Below, one piece after another: positions 30,976 to 40,297 of a DNA stretch of 64,000 nt (its first letter is position 1; the number at the start of each line of letters is the position of its first letter). The notes under the pieces are model-generated. The model did not search any database. It had not been told where the DNA came from and was given only the letters and a program-made list of their open reading frames with translations. The position numbers and the translations under genes were made by a program. The DNA comes from Myxococcales bacterium (GTDB taxonomy: Bacteria; Myxococcota_A; Polyangia; Palsa-1104; SHYY01), in contig SHYY01000005.1 of the NCBI GenBank assembly GCA_009692555.1, positions 3,860 through 67,859 on the forward strand. Direction: 5' to 3'.

Positions 30976-32061
30976 CTACTTCGGCGCGCGGAAGACGCCG
31001 CCCTGGGGACCGTCGCTGGTGTAGTAGACGCAGGAGTCGTCGACGGCGAGGGTCCAGGGGAGGGCCTTGGCGGTGGCGAGCAGGGTCATCGCGCCGCCGG
31101 CCTTGGGCACCTTGCGGATCGTGCGGTCGAAGCGCTCCACCCAGTAGGCGTGCGTGTCGTCGAGCGCGACCGCGTACGGGTAGCTCTGCGCCGAAGCGAG
31201 CGTGCTCGGCGGTCCGCCCGCGAGCGGGATCCGCACCAGGCTGCTTCCCTTGTGGGAGATCAAATAGAGGTCGCTGCCGTCGACCGCGATGGCCGGTATG
31301 TACTGGTACCCCGCGGCGAGAACAACCGATGGACCACCCCCCTTGGGCGCGCGCAGCGCGGAGCCGGTGGTGCCGTTGCCCCAGTAGACGAAGTCGCCGT
31401 GCTCGACGAGGCTGAGCGCGTTGCCCTGCGCGGCGGCGAAGGGAGCCGGGCCTCCTCCGCCCTTCGCGGCGCGGGCGATCGACATCGAGCCCTCGTTGCT
31501 CCAGTAGACGTGGCTGTCGTCGACCGCGAGGCCGCGCGGGATGTCCTGCCCCTGCGCCAGCGTGGTCACGGGGCCGCCCGCCTTGGCGACCCGCGAGATG
31601 GTCCCGGCCGAGTTGTCGGTCCAGTAGACGTGGGTCTCGTCGACGGCGAGGCCGAACGCGGGGGCGCCGGTGGCGGCGAGGACCAGGGCCGGGCCGCCCT
31701 CCTTGGCCACCCGCGACACGCCGCCGTTGAATCCGATGCCAAAGTAGACGGTGGCCCCGTCGAGCGCGAGGCTCGAGGCGCCGCGCGCGTCGAGGACCAG
31801 CTGGACCACGGGGTCGCCTTGCCGGCACAGCGGCGGGGGAGCGGGGAGGTCGCGCGCGGCGAGGTCGGGAGGCGTCGCGTCCACCGTCGCTGCGAGGTCC
31901 GAGACCGCCGCCGCTGCATCGCGGGCGATCGTGCCGGCGAGGTCGATCGCGACGCCGCCCTCGCCCGGCGCCATGGGATCGAGCAGGCGGGTGCGGCAGC
32001 CGGCCGCGATCAGGCAGCAGAGGCCCGCGGCAGCGACGGCGAACCGGGTGGCGGCCCGCAT
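30976..32061 (-). CDS. Lipoprotein with beta-propeller (DUF5050/YWTD-like) repeats
   Basis: IAAGC lipobox; repeated LAVD..HVYW.....I.RV.K.GG....LA blades. Confidence 0.85.
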   Translation of the reverse strand: MRAATRFAVAAAGLCCLIAAGCRTRLLDPMAPGEGGVAIDLAGTIARDAAAAVSDLAATVDATPPDLAARDLPAPPPLCRQGDPVVQLVLDARGASSLALDGATVYFGIGFNGGVSRVAKEGGPALVLAATGAPAFGLAVDETHVYWTDNSAGTISRVAKAGGPVTTLAQGQDIPRGLAVDDSHVYWSNEGSMSIARAAKGGGGPAPFAAAQGNALSLVEHGDFVYWGNGTTGSALRAPKGGGPSVVLAAGYQYIPAIAVDGSDLYLISHKGSSLVRIPLAGGPPSTLASAQSYPYAVALDDTHAYWVERFDRTIRKVPKAGGAMTLLATAKALPWTLAVDDSCVYYTSDGPQGGVFRAPK

Positions 32062-34040
32062 CACGGCGCGTACCAGATCGGCGACGACCAGGCGCGCTCC
32101 TGGATCGCCTTCGGCACTCCGAGCGCGTCGCATTTGTACTGCTTCTGCTCCGGTTGGGTCAGCCCGTTGCACAACCAGGTGCTCCAGCGACAGGTCGGGT
32201 TCTCGGCGGCGCGCGCGTAGTAGAAGGCGCGCAGCGCTGGGTCGAACTCGGGATCGGTCCACACCGCGCACAGCGAGTCGTGGCCCGGGCCCTTGGTGAC
32301 GCAGGTGGCGGTGTCGACGGTGGCTCCGCCCTTTGCGTCCCCATCGACCTCGAACACCCGCTCCCGCGGCGCGCCGGCGGCGTCGATCCATCCCTTGATG
32401 ATCTGCACCCTCTGGAGCTGGGTGCCCGGCTTCCCGGGAACTCCCGGATCGCGCAGCACGGCGACGATAAACTTCGGCGCGCCCGCGCCCCCGGGACGGG
32501 CCGGGAGCTCGCCGCCCATCGGCACGCCGCCGGCGTAGCCGCGCTTCACCAGCTCGGGGTCGGCGCACAGCCCGTCGGGGTAGCTCCAGCCGCCGAACAG
32601 GCGCAGCGCGATCCGCGGGCCACTGGTGCCGAAGGCCTCCCGCCGCCGGAGGGCGTCGAAGATCGCGTCGCGCGAGTTCTCCTCGGCCCACACGCCGGCG
32701 AGGCCACCCGGGTTGCTCACCAGCGGGCGCGCGGCGAGGGTCTGGCCGGTGAGCACCGCCTTGGGGGTGTTGTCGGCGGTGCCGAGGTGGCCCTGGAAGC
32801 CCTGCTCGGCGACGGCGCCGGGCGTGCCGTTGTGGGTGTCGGTGCTGCCGATGATCCCGAGGCGATAGGGGTTCACGCCGAGGCGCGCCTGCTCCTGCAG
32901 CCCGGCCTTCAGCGCGTGGCGTACGAAGTCGAGCGGCGAAAGGCACCCGGTGCCGAGGAAGCCGCCGAAGCCGGTCTTGCCGGGCGCGCACTCGTTGATC
33001 GGGACATTGTGGGTCTTCTCGAAGTCGCACAGCTCGTCGGGGGCGCCGGGGGCGCTCGGGAGGCCGTTGACGCACTCCGAGTCGCCCTTGTGCTGCGCGA
33101 TCTCGACCAGCGGCTCCATGTCGCGCCGCAGCATCGCGATCCGTCGCTCGTCGTCGAGGCCGGTGGCGTCGGGGTAGTCGGGGACGAACATGCGGCCGTT
33201 GCTGATGTTGGCGTTGTGCGGAATGGCGAGCACGTCGCAGCCGGTCCCGGCGTTCTGGCAGCCGGCGCGGAGCTGGGTCCAGAGATCGATCGGCTGCGGC
33301 GCCTCGAAGAAGGTGATCGGCTGCGGGAGAGAGCGCGCGCTGCGGAAGATCACGTTGCGGTGGAGGTTGCTGCCGAGCGGCGAGAGCGTGTACTCGTAAG
33401 CGACGAAGGAGGTGAAGCGGCAGGCCGCGGTGCGATCGTAGGCGGCCTCGGCGGCGTCCTTTATGCTTCGCCACACCGGGGCGGCTGCGTCGAGGCAGAG
33501 CTTGCCGTCGTCGCCGCAGATCGCGGGGCGGATCGGGTTTGGGCCGCCGATGCCGAGCGCGGTCAAGCTGGCGGTCGGTGGGCGGTACTGCTTGCAGATC
33601 GTCGAGTCGTAGGCCGGGGAGCCCGGGGTGGTGCAGAGGCTGGTCTCGCCGAGGTACTCGGAGTGATCGGTGACCGCGGCGAAGTCGAGCGGGCGGTCGA
33701 GGTGCGCGGGCAGGGTGGGGCGGCCGTTGGCGTCGAGGGGCGGGAGGTAGACGGTGCCGCCGCGGGCGAAGTCGTAGGCCTCCTTCGGGCCGTTGCGGAC
33801 GTCGTAGGTCCAGGCGTCGAAGGAGAGCGCGGTGTGGGCGTGGAGATCGCCGAAGTAGGCCTTGCGCAGCGGATCGCGCTCGGCGCACGGCTCGCGAGGC
33901 TCGAGGTAGGGGCCGGCGTCGGGCGGGCTCGCAGGCGACCCGCAGCCAGCGACGAGGACCAGGAGCGGCATCGCTCGTCGGCCGCCGCGACGCGATCGGT
34001 ACGTCTCGGCAGTCAGTGGTCGGTGGGCGACTCTTTTCAT
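32061..34040 (-). CDS. DUF3604 domain protein (PHP-like metallo-fold), exported
   Basis: FGDLHAHTALSFDA, DFAAVTDHSE, NLHRNVIFR, IPHNAN, STDTHN, FYYARAAENPTCRWS, IQERAWSSPIWY; GAGGAGG RBS. Confidence 0.88.
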   Translation of the reverse strand: MKRVAHRPLTAETYRSRRGGRRAMPLLVLVAGCGSPASPPDAGPYLEPREPCAERDPLRKAYFGDLHAHTALSFDAWTYDVRNGPKEAYDFARGGTVYLPPLDANGRPTLPAHLDRPLDFAAVTDHSEYLGETSLCTTPGSPAYDSTICKQYRPPTASLTALGIGGPNPIRPAICGDDGKLCLDAAAPVWRSIKDAAEAAYDRTAACRFTSFVAYEYTLSPLGSNLHRNVIFRSARSLPQPITFFEAPQPIDLWTQLRAGCQNAGTGCDVLAIPHNANISNGRMFVPDYPDATGLDDERRIAMLRRDMEPLVEIAQHKGDSECVNGLPSAPGAPDELCDFEKTHNVPINECAPGKTGFGGFLGTGCLSPLDFVRHALKAGLQEQARLGVNPYRLGIIGSTDTHNGTPGAVAEQGFQGHLGTADNTPKAVLTGQTLAARPLVSNPGGLAGVWAEENSRDAIFDALRRREAFGTSGPRIALRLFGGWSYPDGLCADPELVKRGYAGGVPMGGELPARPGGAGAPKFIVAVLRDPGVPGKPGTQLQRVQIIKGWIDAAGAPRERVFEVDGDAKGGATVDTATCVTKGPGHDSLCAVWTDPEFDPALRAFYYARAAENPTCRWSTWLCNGLTQPEQKQYKCDALGVPKAIQERAWSSPIWYAP

Positions 34041-34048
34041 GGGCCTCC

Positions 34049-35050
34049 TCACGACCAGAACGCGGCGATGCGCTGGCAGGACCAGAAGACGGCGAGCGTC
34101 CCGATGGCGTAGGCGGGAGCGAGGCGCGGCAGCGACGGGAGCCGTGGGATCCGGCGGCGGACCGCGCGCACCAGCGCCCACCCGGCGAGGATCGCGGCGA
34201 CGAACGCGATCTGCCCGATCTCGACTCCGGCGTTGAAGGCGGCGAGGGCGACAGGGATCCGTCCCTCCGGCAGGCCGTACGCAGCGAGCGCGCCGGCGAA
34301 GCCGCAGCCGTGGAGCAGGCCGAAGGCGAACGCGATCGCAAAGGGGCGGCGCGCCCGGGAAGTGCGAGTGAGCTCGACGGCGAGGAGCACGAGGCTGAGC
34401 GCGATCGCCGCCTCGACCGGTGGGGGTGGAAGCCGCAGCGCGCCCAGGACGGTGAGTGCGAGGGTGATGCTGTGGGCGACGGTGAAGGCGGTGATGGCGC
34501 GGAGGAGGGGGCCGGCGCGTCGCGCGAGCAGGAGCAGCCCGACGATGAAGAGCAGGTGATCGAAGCCGCCGAGGATGTGGGCGAAGCCGAGGCGGAGGTA
34601 GCTCACGGCGAGGGGCGACGATCGCTGCGCGCCCGGCGCACCGCCTTGCACCGTGAACGACGGCTGATCGGCGCGCAGGACTCCGGTGATGGTCTCCCCG
34701 TCTTTGGGGGTGAAGCGCCAGACCACGTCGGTCCGCGCCGCGGCGAGTTCGTCGACGGTGATCTCCAGGGCGGCAAGGCCGTTTCCGTTTCCGTCACAGG
34801 CGACGATCCAGGATGCCGATCCCTCGCCGGTCAGCGTGGCGCCGGCCGATCCCTCGGCGATGCACCGATCCGGAAAACGGGGACGGAGGTCGTCCGCCGT
34901 CGGTGCGGCCTTCCAGAATACGGCGTAGCGACCGCCGCCGAGCGCGCGAAGGTCGAGCAGCGCGGGGTCGAAGCCGTGGCCGGCAGCGGGTGCCGCCCGG
35001 GCGATCGCAAGGGCCACGAGGGCTGCGCACACGACGCGCCGCCGGGTCAT
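34049..35050 (-). CDS. HupE/UreJ family membrane protein
   Basis: Signal ending AAGH; LGFAHILGGFDHLLF, AFTVAHSITL, FGLLHGCGFA, FNAGVEIGQ. Confidence 0.88.
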   Translation of the reverse strand: MTRRRVVCAALVALAIARAAPAAGHGFDPALLDLRALGGGRYAVFWKAAPTADDLRPRFPDRCIAEGSAGATLTGEGSASWIVACDGNGNGLAALEITVDELAAARTDVVWRFTPKDGETITGVLRADQPSFTVQGGAPGAQRSSPLAVSYLRLGFAHILGGFDHLLFIVGLLLLARRAGPLLRAITAFTVAHSITLALTVLGALRLPPPPVEAAIALSLVLLAVELTRTSRARRPFAIAFAFGLLHGCGFAGALAAYGLPEGRIPVALAAFNAGVEIGQIAFVAAILAGWALVRAVRRRIPRLPSLPRLAPAYAIGTLAVFWSCQRIAAFWS

Positions 35051-35925
35051 CGTTTCCCCGAGGGCGCGGAAGCAAGCCGCGCCGGCGCAGGCCACTCGAC
35101 GGAGATCGCGTAGCGGGAGCGCAGGGCGTCCAGGGCCGCGCGATTGGCCTCCCCGCGCCGGGCGGCCAGCAGCCCCTGTCGGACCCGCTCGCGAACGCTG
35201 GCCAGCGACGGGGTCGTCCCCTCGATGCGCTGCTCAACCGCCACCAGGTGCAGGCCGAAGCTCGACGGAAGCGGGTCGCTCCAGGCGCCCGCCGGCAAGG
35301 CCTCGACGAGGGCCGCGAACGGCGCGCCGAAGACCCTGGCGATCTCGCCCTCCGAGCGCAGCGCGAAGCGGCTCCCGACGAGGAACGGATCGCCCAGGCG
35401 GTCGGGATCGACTCCGCCCCGCAGCGACGAGAGCAGCTCCCTCGCGTCCGCGTCGATCGTGGGACCGCGCCGCTCCCGATTCAGGAAGACGTGGCGGAAG
35501 GAGAGGCGCGGGGGGGCGCGAAACTCGTCCGGGTGCTGGTCGAGCCAGCGCTGCAGCGCGGCGTCATCGGGGGCGGGGAGCGGCGCGGCGTCCTGGGTCA
35601 AGAACTCCATTTTTTGCACTAGCCGCCGGCGGACAATGAGGTCGCCGCGGTCGAGCCCCAGGGCGAGCGCCTCGCGATAGAGCACCTCCTCGTCGAGGAA
35701 GCGGGCGACGAGACCCCGCTCCTCTTCGGGGGTCGGTGCGCGCCCTGACCGCCTCTGCTCCTCGGCTCGGAGCCCCTCGACAAACACCGACGACACGGAG
35801 AGCCGATGGGGCTCGGAGGGCCGCGCCACGGTAGCGTGGAGGGCGAAGAGGAGACCGCCCGCGGCGGCGAAGTGGAGCGCGGGCTCACGCAGCCAGCGCC
35901 GGAGGTGATCGCGAGGTGGAGGCAC
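35047..35925 (-). CDS. PpiC-type peptidyl-prolyl isomerase
   Basis: LREPALHF, EEVLYREALALGLDRGDLIVRRRL, FRHVFL, SSFGLHLV. Confidence 0.85.
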   Translation of the reverse strand: MPPPRDHLRRWLREPALHFAAAGGLLFALHATVARPSEPHRLSVSSVFVEGLRAEEQRRSGRAPTPEEERGLVARFLDEEVLYREALALGLDRGDLIVRRRLVQKMEFLTQDAAPLPAPDDAALQRWLDQHPDEFRAPPRLSFRHVFLNRERRGPTIDADARELLSSLRGGVDPDRLGDPFLVGSRFALRSEGEIARVFGAPFAALVEALPAGAWSDPLPSSFGLHLVAVEQRIEGTTPSLASVRERVRQGLLAARRGEANRAALDALRSRYAISVEWPAPARLASAPSGKR

Positions 35926-36050
35926 GGGGCGACGGTAACGCCGGACGTGGCGGGTGGCCAGCGTCCCCGCCCGTTCCCGTTGACCCAGGGCGCCTCGCGG
36001 GGCCGGGCGGGTTCTTGCCGGTTGGCTTGGCCTTTTCGCTTGCCTTCCTG

Positions 36051-36887
36051 ATGCGGACCGGAAAAAATCGGGCGGTGCCGCTCCGCCGCTTTGCGTTTGT
36101 CTCCTTCCTGCTCCTCTTGTCGTGCTCGGCCGGCTGCGTGGCCCGCGCGATGTTCACCGACGGGAGCAGCGTCTCCATCGGCCGCGCCGATCGCGGCCTG
36201 CTGCGGGGTGGGCGCCAGCTCGCGGCGGCAGGCGATGGTTTCGTGGTGCCGCCGACCTGGGCTGCTCGCGGTACGCAATGGGGCACCGACGAGCTGGTCT
36301 CGGCGATCGAGCGCGCGGCGTTGCGCGTCGCCGGAGAGCACCCGGGCGCCCGCCTCGGAGTCGGTGATCTCTCGCGCCACGGCGGCGGCGACATGTCGTT
36401 TCATCGCTCACACGAGAACGGCCGCGACGCCGATCTCCTCTTCTACGCCGTCGACGAGGTGGGCGCGCCGCTCTCGCCTGCCGACGCGATGCCGCGCTTC
36501 CGTGGCCGCGACCTCCATTCGCGCCCGCCCTACGACGGTGGCCAGGCGGTCTCGTCGCGGCGCTTCGACCTCCCGCGCAACTGGGCCCTCGTCGCTGCGT
36601 TGCTCGAGGACCCGGCGATCACGGTCGAATACCTCTTCATCTCCGAACGCCTGCGCGACCGGCTGCTCGAGCACGCGGTCGCGGTCGGGGCTCCGGGCGA
36701 GGTCGTCCAGCGCGCTCGGCGTGCCCTCCGCCAGCCGGCCCGCTTTCCGCCCCACGACGATCACCTCCACCTCCGCATCCGCTGCCCCCCGGGCGATCGC
36801 TTCCAGGGCTGTGTCGACGAGGGCAAGGTGCGGCTCCGCAGCGAGGTGATCAAGCCCGAGGCACCGCGCCGGCGAAGGGTGAGCTAA
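36051..36887 (+). CDS. Penicillin-insensitive murein endopeptidase (MepA-like)
   Basis: GDLSRHGGG...HRSHENGRDAD, HDDHLHLRIRC zinc motifs; start uncertain. Confidence 0.8.
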   Translation: MRTGKNRAVPLRRFAFVSFLLLLSCSAGCVARAMFTDGSSVSIGRADRGLLRGGRQLAAAGDGFVVPPTWAARGTQWGTDELVSAIERAALRVAGEHPGARLGVGDLSRHGGGDMSFHRSHENGRDADLLFYAVDEVGAPLSPADAMPRFRGRDLHSRPPYDGGQAVSSRRFDLPRNWALVAALLEDPAITVEYLFISERLRDRLLEHAVAVGAPGEVVQRARRALRQPARFPPHDDHLHLRIRCPPGDRFQGCVDEGKVRLRSEVIKPEAPRRRRVS

Positions 36888-36889
36888 AA

Positions 36890-36914
36890 AATGTCGCATT
36901 GATGATGCGACATT
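36890..36914. repeat. Palindrome AATGTCGCA-N7-TGCGACATT, copy 1
   Basis: Second copy at 38290-38314. Confidence 0.85.
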
Positions 36915-36935
36915 GTTTAGCCAGTTTCTCACGGG

Positions 36936-37015
36936 GCGTGCCGCCCCGCCCCGCCGGCAAGCCGTCGGGGTCCCCACCCCTGCTCACGCGGCGACTCCGC
37001 CGCGACGCGGCCTTT
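36936..37015. repeat. Dispersed intergenic repeat, copy A
   Basis: Shares 18-bp gcgtgccgccccgccccg and 22-bp ccgtcggggtccccacccctgc exactly with 59752-59830. Confidence 0.8.
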
Positions 37016-37019
37016 GGCC

Positions 37020-37174
37020 GCTTGGATCGGCTACCCGGGGGCCGCGTAATGCGACGACCCGACCGACTCCCGGCAAAGCCGTGTGCGGGAAATCCGCACG
37101 CACGGTTTGAAAGGGGGTCCTACCTTTTCACCAACGACCAACCGTCCGACAGTGAAAGGGTAGGATCTACCAAT
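37020..37174 (+). mobile_element. Group II intron 3' fragment (maturase tail, domains V and VI)
   Basis: WIGYPGAA* (TAA 37047-37049). DV aagccgtgtgcgggaaatccgcacgcacggttt with AGC triad and GAAA loop. DVI stem cctaccttttcac / gtgaaagggtagg with bulged A at 37169. Ends AAT. Confidence 0.9.
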
Positions 37175-38273
37175 GAGCGCGACCCCCGCAGGCTGGATCG
37201 GCAGCCGTCGCTTCGACCTCGCCTTCTTCTTTGTCGGGACCCCGGTCGCCGCGGTGGCGGTCGGGGCACTCGTCCTCGCGCTTCCGTCGCTGCTGGTCCC
37301 CCTGTGGTGGCTATGGACGGTGCTGATCGAGGGGCCGCACCTGTGCGCCACCTGGGCCCGCACCTACCTCGATCCCGGCGAGCGCCGACGCCGGCGTGGA
37401 CTCCTGATCGCCAGCCTCGGCTTCATCCTCGCGGGCCCGGTGGTGTGGGCGGTCGCGCGCGTGACTGACTCGCCGTCGGTGTTCGAGGGCCTTGTCCTCT
37501 TCGCCGCGCTGTGGAGCTGGCACCACGGCGTGCGGCAGCAGTACGGGCTGCTGGCGATCTACCAGCGCCTCGCCGGCGTCGAGGAGCGGGTCCGCCGGAT
37601 CGACCGCTGGTTCCTCTACGGGGCGCTGTGGGGCCTTTTCCTGCTCGCCCTCGCGGCCCTGCCGGCCAATCGGTTGGTGCTCAAGCTGCCCGCTGCGATG
37701 CCCCGCGAAGCCGAACTCGTGATCCTCACGGGCGAGGGGCTGCTCGGCGCCTGGGTGCTCGCTTACGGGGGGCTGCTGGTCGCCCGCCATCGCCGCGGCG
37801 ATCCGACCCGCCCGGGGCTGTTCGCGCTCTTGCCCGTCGTCGGGGTCGCGCTGTTTGTTGCCTTCGTGGTAGGGCGCTTCGAGCCGCTCCTTCCGCGTCC
37901 GCAGAGCCCGGAGCAGTTCGTGCTCGCGGTGACCCTGGTCGGCGGCCTCTCGCACGGACTCCAGTATCTTGGAATCGTGTTCGCGGCGAATGAGCGCCGC
38001 TACCGGGTGGCCGCGCCGTCGCTGGCCGCCACCCTCGGCCGCTCGCCGCTCCGCGCCTTCCTCGCCTTTGCCGCTGCCTCGGGGCTCTACTTCGCCCTCA
38101 ACGCCGCGCGATCCGGCGTCCCTTCGCTGGCGCTATTCCAGAACGACAGCGAGGCGGCGCGCTTCGCCCTCGCGCTCTACTGGGGCGTCTTCTTCCACCA
38201 CTTCTACCTCGACCAGAAGATCTGGCGCGTCTCGCGCGATCACGCGCTGCGGGCGGAGCTGCAGATCGCCTGA
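37173..38273 (+). CDS. Polytopic membrane protein with His motifs, unknown function
   Basis: About 9 TMs; GPHLCATWARTYLD, WHHGVRQQYG, SHGLQY, FHHFYLDQKIWR. Confidence 0.8.
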   Translation: MSATPAGWIGSRRFDLAFFFVGTPVAAVAVGALVLALPSLLVPLWWLWTVLIEGPHLCATWARTYLDPGERRRRRGLLIASLGFILAGPVVWAVARVTDSPSVFEGLVLFAALWSWHHGVRQQYGLLAIYQRLAGVEERVRRIDRWFLYGALWGLFLLALAALPANRLVLKLPAAMPREAELVILTGEGLLGAWVLAYGGLLVARHRRGDPTRPGLFALLPVVGVALFVAFVVGRFEPLLPRPQSPEQFVLAVTLVGGLSHGLQYLGIVFAANERRYRVAAPSLAATLGRSPLRAFLAFAAASGLYFALNAARSGVPSLALFQNDSEAARFALALYWGVFFHHFYLDQKIWRVSRDHALRAELQIA

Positions 38274-38289
38274 GCCAGACTCTCCAGCC

Positions 38290-38314
38290 AATGTCGCATG
38301 GAGCCTGCGACATT
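38290..38314. repeat. Palindrome AATGTCGCA-N7-TGCGACATT, copy 2
   Basis: Extends to ccaatgtcgca...tgcgacattgg; followed by ggttagcc, like copy 1 (gtttagcc). Confidence 0.85.
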
Positions 38315-38432
38315 GGTTAGCCTCACAAAGGGGGACGTTCCCGTCCCCCCTCCGTCGAGCAAAGCTCGCCAGAGCCTCCCCCCACCGCGCGCGAACCGCG
38401 CGAGTTTTGGATCGCGTTCCGCGAGATCCTGG

Positions 38433-39548
38433 TTAGTCGAACGGGTCGAAGGTCTCGTCCTCGAGCTTCTGGCGTCGCGCCGCGTGGACCTGGCGGACGT
38501 AGCGCACCAGGGCGTCGACGTAGCGGTCGAGCGGTGGGCAGCGGACCCCGGTGCCGTCGAGGAGTTCGAGGGTGTTCCTGCAGTTGTAGATCGCGAGGTG
38601 GTTGAACGACTCGAGGAACGCAAGGGGGGCGCGCGCGAGGCGTGACAGGCCCGGCGCGCGCAGCACCGCCCGCGCCAGCGCCGTGGGGATCGCTCCGCGT
38701 GGCATCTTCTTGTCGGCGCTGCGGGCGATCAGCTCGTACGCCGTGCGCGCGGCGAAGGGCGCCGGATCGGTGAGGTGGAAGGTCTTTCCGACGGCGCGCG
38801 GGTCGCGGCCGAGCGCGTGGGCAGCGTCGACGACGAAGTCGATCGGGACGAGGTGGAGCGGCGCCGAGCCACGCCCCGGCAGCGGGAGGTGCACATCGAG
38901 CGGTGAGGCGACGATCAGCACCAGCAGGTAGTAGGGACCGTCGAACTTGTCGATCTCGCCGGTCTTCGAGTCGCCGACGATCACCCCGGGGCGAAAGATC
39001 GTCGTCGGCAGGCGGCGCGAGGCATCCTGCACCAGCCTCTCGGAGCGAAACTTCGTCTCCTCGTAGAAGTTGCGGAAGCGCTGTCCGGAGTCGAGCTCCT
39101 CCTCGAGGATCACCCCCGAGCGGGCCCCCGACACCAGGGCGGTCGAGTAGTGGCAGAGGCGCCGGAGCCTGCCGCACTCGAGGGCCAGCTCGATCACCGA
39201 GCGCGTGCCCTCGATGTTCACCCGCGTCGCCACCTCGCGCTTGACGCCGCGGTAGTAGATCGCCGCCAGGTGATGGATCGCGGTCACCTCGGCGGCGATC
39301 TCCTTGTACTCGCCGCCGCTCAGTCCGAGGTCCATGTCGCACACGTCGCCCTCGACGACCGTGACCCGCTGCCTCGCCGCGGGCCCGAGATCGCCGAGGA
39401 ATTCGTCGGCGCTGGCGCGGAACTTGGGCCGCACCAGGAGGAAGATGCGCTCCTTCGGGTCGGCCTCGAAGAGCTTGCGGGCCATCCGCTTGGCGGTGAA
39501 GGCGGGGAAGCCTGTGACGAGGGAGACGTCGGATTCGGTCTTCAACAT
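38433..39548 (-). CDS. Extended SDR / NAD-dependent epimerase (thioester reductase-like)
   Basis: LVTGFPAFTA, VEGDV, HLAA, VNIEGT, YEETKF, RPGVIVGDS. Confidence 0.85.
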   Translation of the reverse strand: MLKTESDVSLVTGFPAFTAKRMARKLFEADPKERIFLLVRPKFRASADEFLGDLGPAARQRVTVVEGDVCDMDLGLSGGEYKEIAAEVTAIHHLAAIYYRGVKREVATRVNIEGTRSVIELALECGRLRRLCHYSTALVSGARSGVILEEELDSGQRFRNFYEETKFRSERLVQDASRRLPTTIFRPGVIVGDSKTGEIDKFDGPYYLLVLIVASPLDVHLPLPGRGSAPLHLVPIDFVVDAAHALGRDPRAVGKTFHLTDPAPFAARTAYELIARSADKKMPRGAIPTALARAVLRAPGLSRLARAPLAFLESFNHLAIYNCRNTLELLDGTGVRCPPLDRYVDALVRYVRQVHAARRQKLEDETFDPFD

Positions 39549-39598
39549 TGCGTCGCTAGCCTACCGCCGACCGCTTGCAGCCGACAGTCCGGAACCGG

Positions 39599-40207
39599 TC
39601 AGGACGGGCCTCCGACGACGACGCGCCACACCGCGGCAACTGCCTTTCGGGTCTCCTCGATGGGTCCGCCGTTGTCGATCACCCAGCCGGCGGCGGCGAT
39701 CTTCTCCGCCAGCGGCGCCTGAGCATCGATCCGCTGCTGCACCTGCGCGGGATCGAGGCCGTCGCGTGCGATCAACCGCTGCCGCTGCACCTCGTCGGGG
39801 GCGGAGACGACGATCAGTCCACCGAGGGCCCGGTGGATCCCGTTCTCGACCAGCAGCGCGGCCTCGTACACCACCACCGCGATCCCGCGGGCGCTCGCCT
39901 CGCCGATCCGGCGCGCGGTCTCGGCGGCGATCCGCGGGTGGAGGATCGCGTTCAGCGCTCCCCGTCGCGCGGGATCGGCGAACACGATCGCGCCGAGCTT
40001 CTTGCGATCGAGCTGCCCCATCTCGTCGAGGATCTCCTGCCCGAAGGCGCCGACGATCTCGGCGAGCGCAGGCTGGCCGGGCGCCACCAGATCGCGCGCC
40101 ACCTGGTCGGCGTCGATCACCTCCGCCCCGAGCTCGCGCAACATCCCAGCGACGGTCGACTTCCCGCTGGCAATGCCCCCGGTCAGCCCGATGACGCGCG
40201 TGGCCAC
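39599..40207 (-). CDS. coaE: Dephospho-CoA kinase
   Basis: IGLTGGIASGKSTV, IDADQVAR, LDRKKLGAIVF, LNAILHPRI. Confidence 0.96.
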   Translation of the reverse strand: MATRVIGLTGGIASGKSTVAGMLRELGAEVIDADQVARDLVAPGQPALAEIVGAFGQEILDEMGQLDRKKLGAIVFADPARRGALNAILHPRIAAETARRIGEASARGIAVVVYEAALLVENGIHRALGGLIVVSAPDEVQRQRLIARDGLDPAQVQQRIDAQAPLAEKIAAAGWVIDNGGPIEETRKAVAAVWRVVVGGPS

Positions 40208-40297
40208 CTCCGTCGTCTACCATGGGCCGACGGCGGGGGCGCGGGAATCGACCGGGTGTGAACGGGAATCGTCCGTTGGGCTGCCGCCGCTCGGCGT

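Noticed and set aside
30976-34341. 1121-aa ORF
   Set aside because: The real gene starts at 32061; the upstream part is an alternative frame of the DUF3604 gene.
38330-38430. Hairpins (ggggacg...cgtcccc and others) as an ncRNA
   Set aside because: Short GC hairpins between convergent genes; consistent with a terminator or REP, with no recognisable RNA family.
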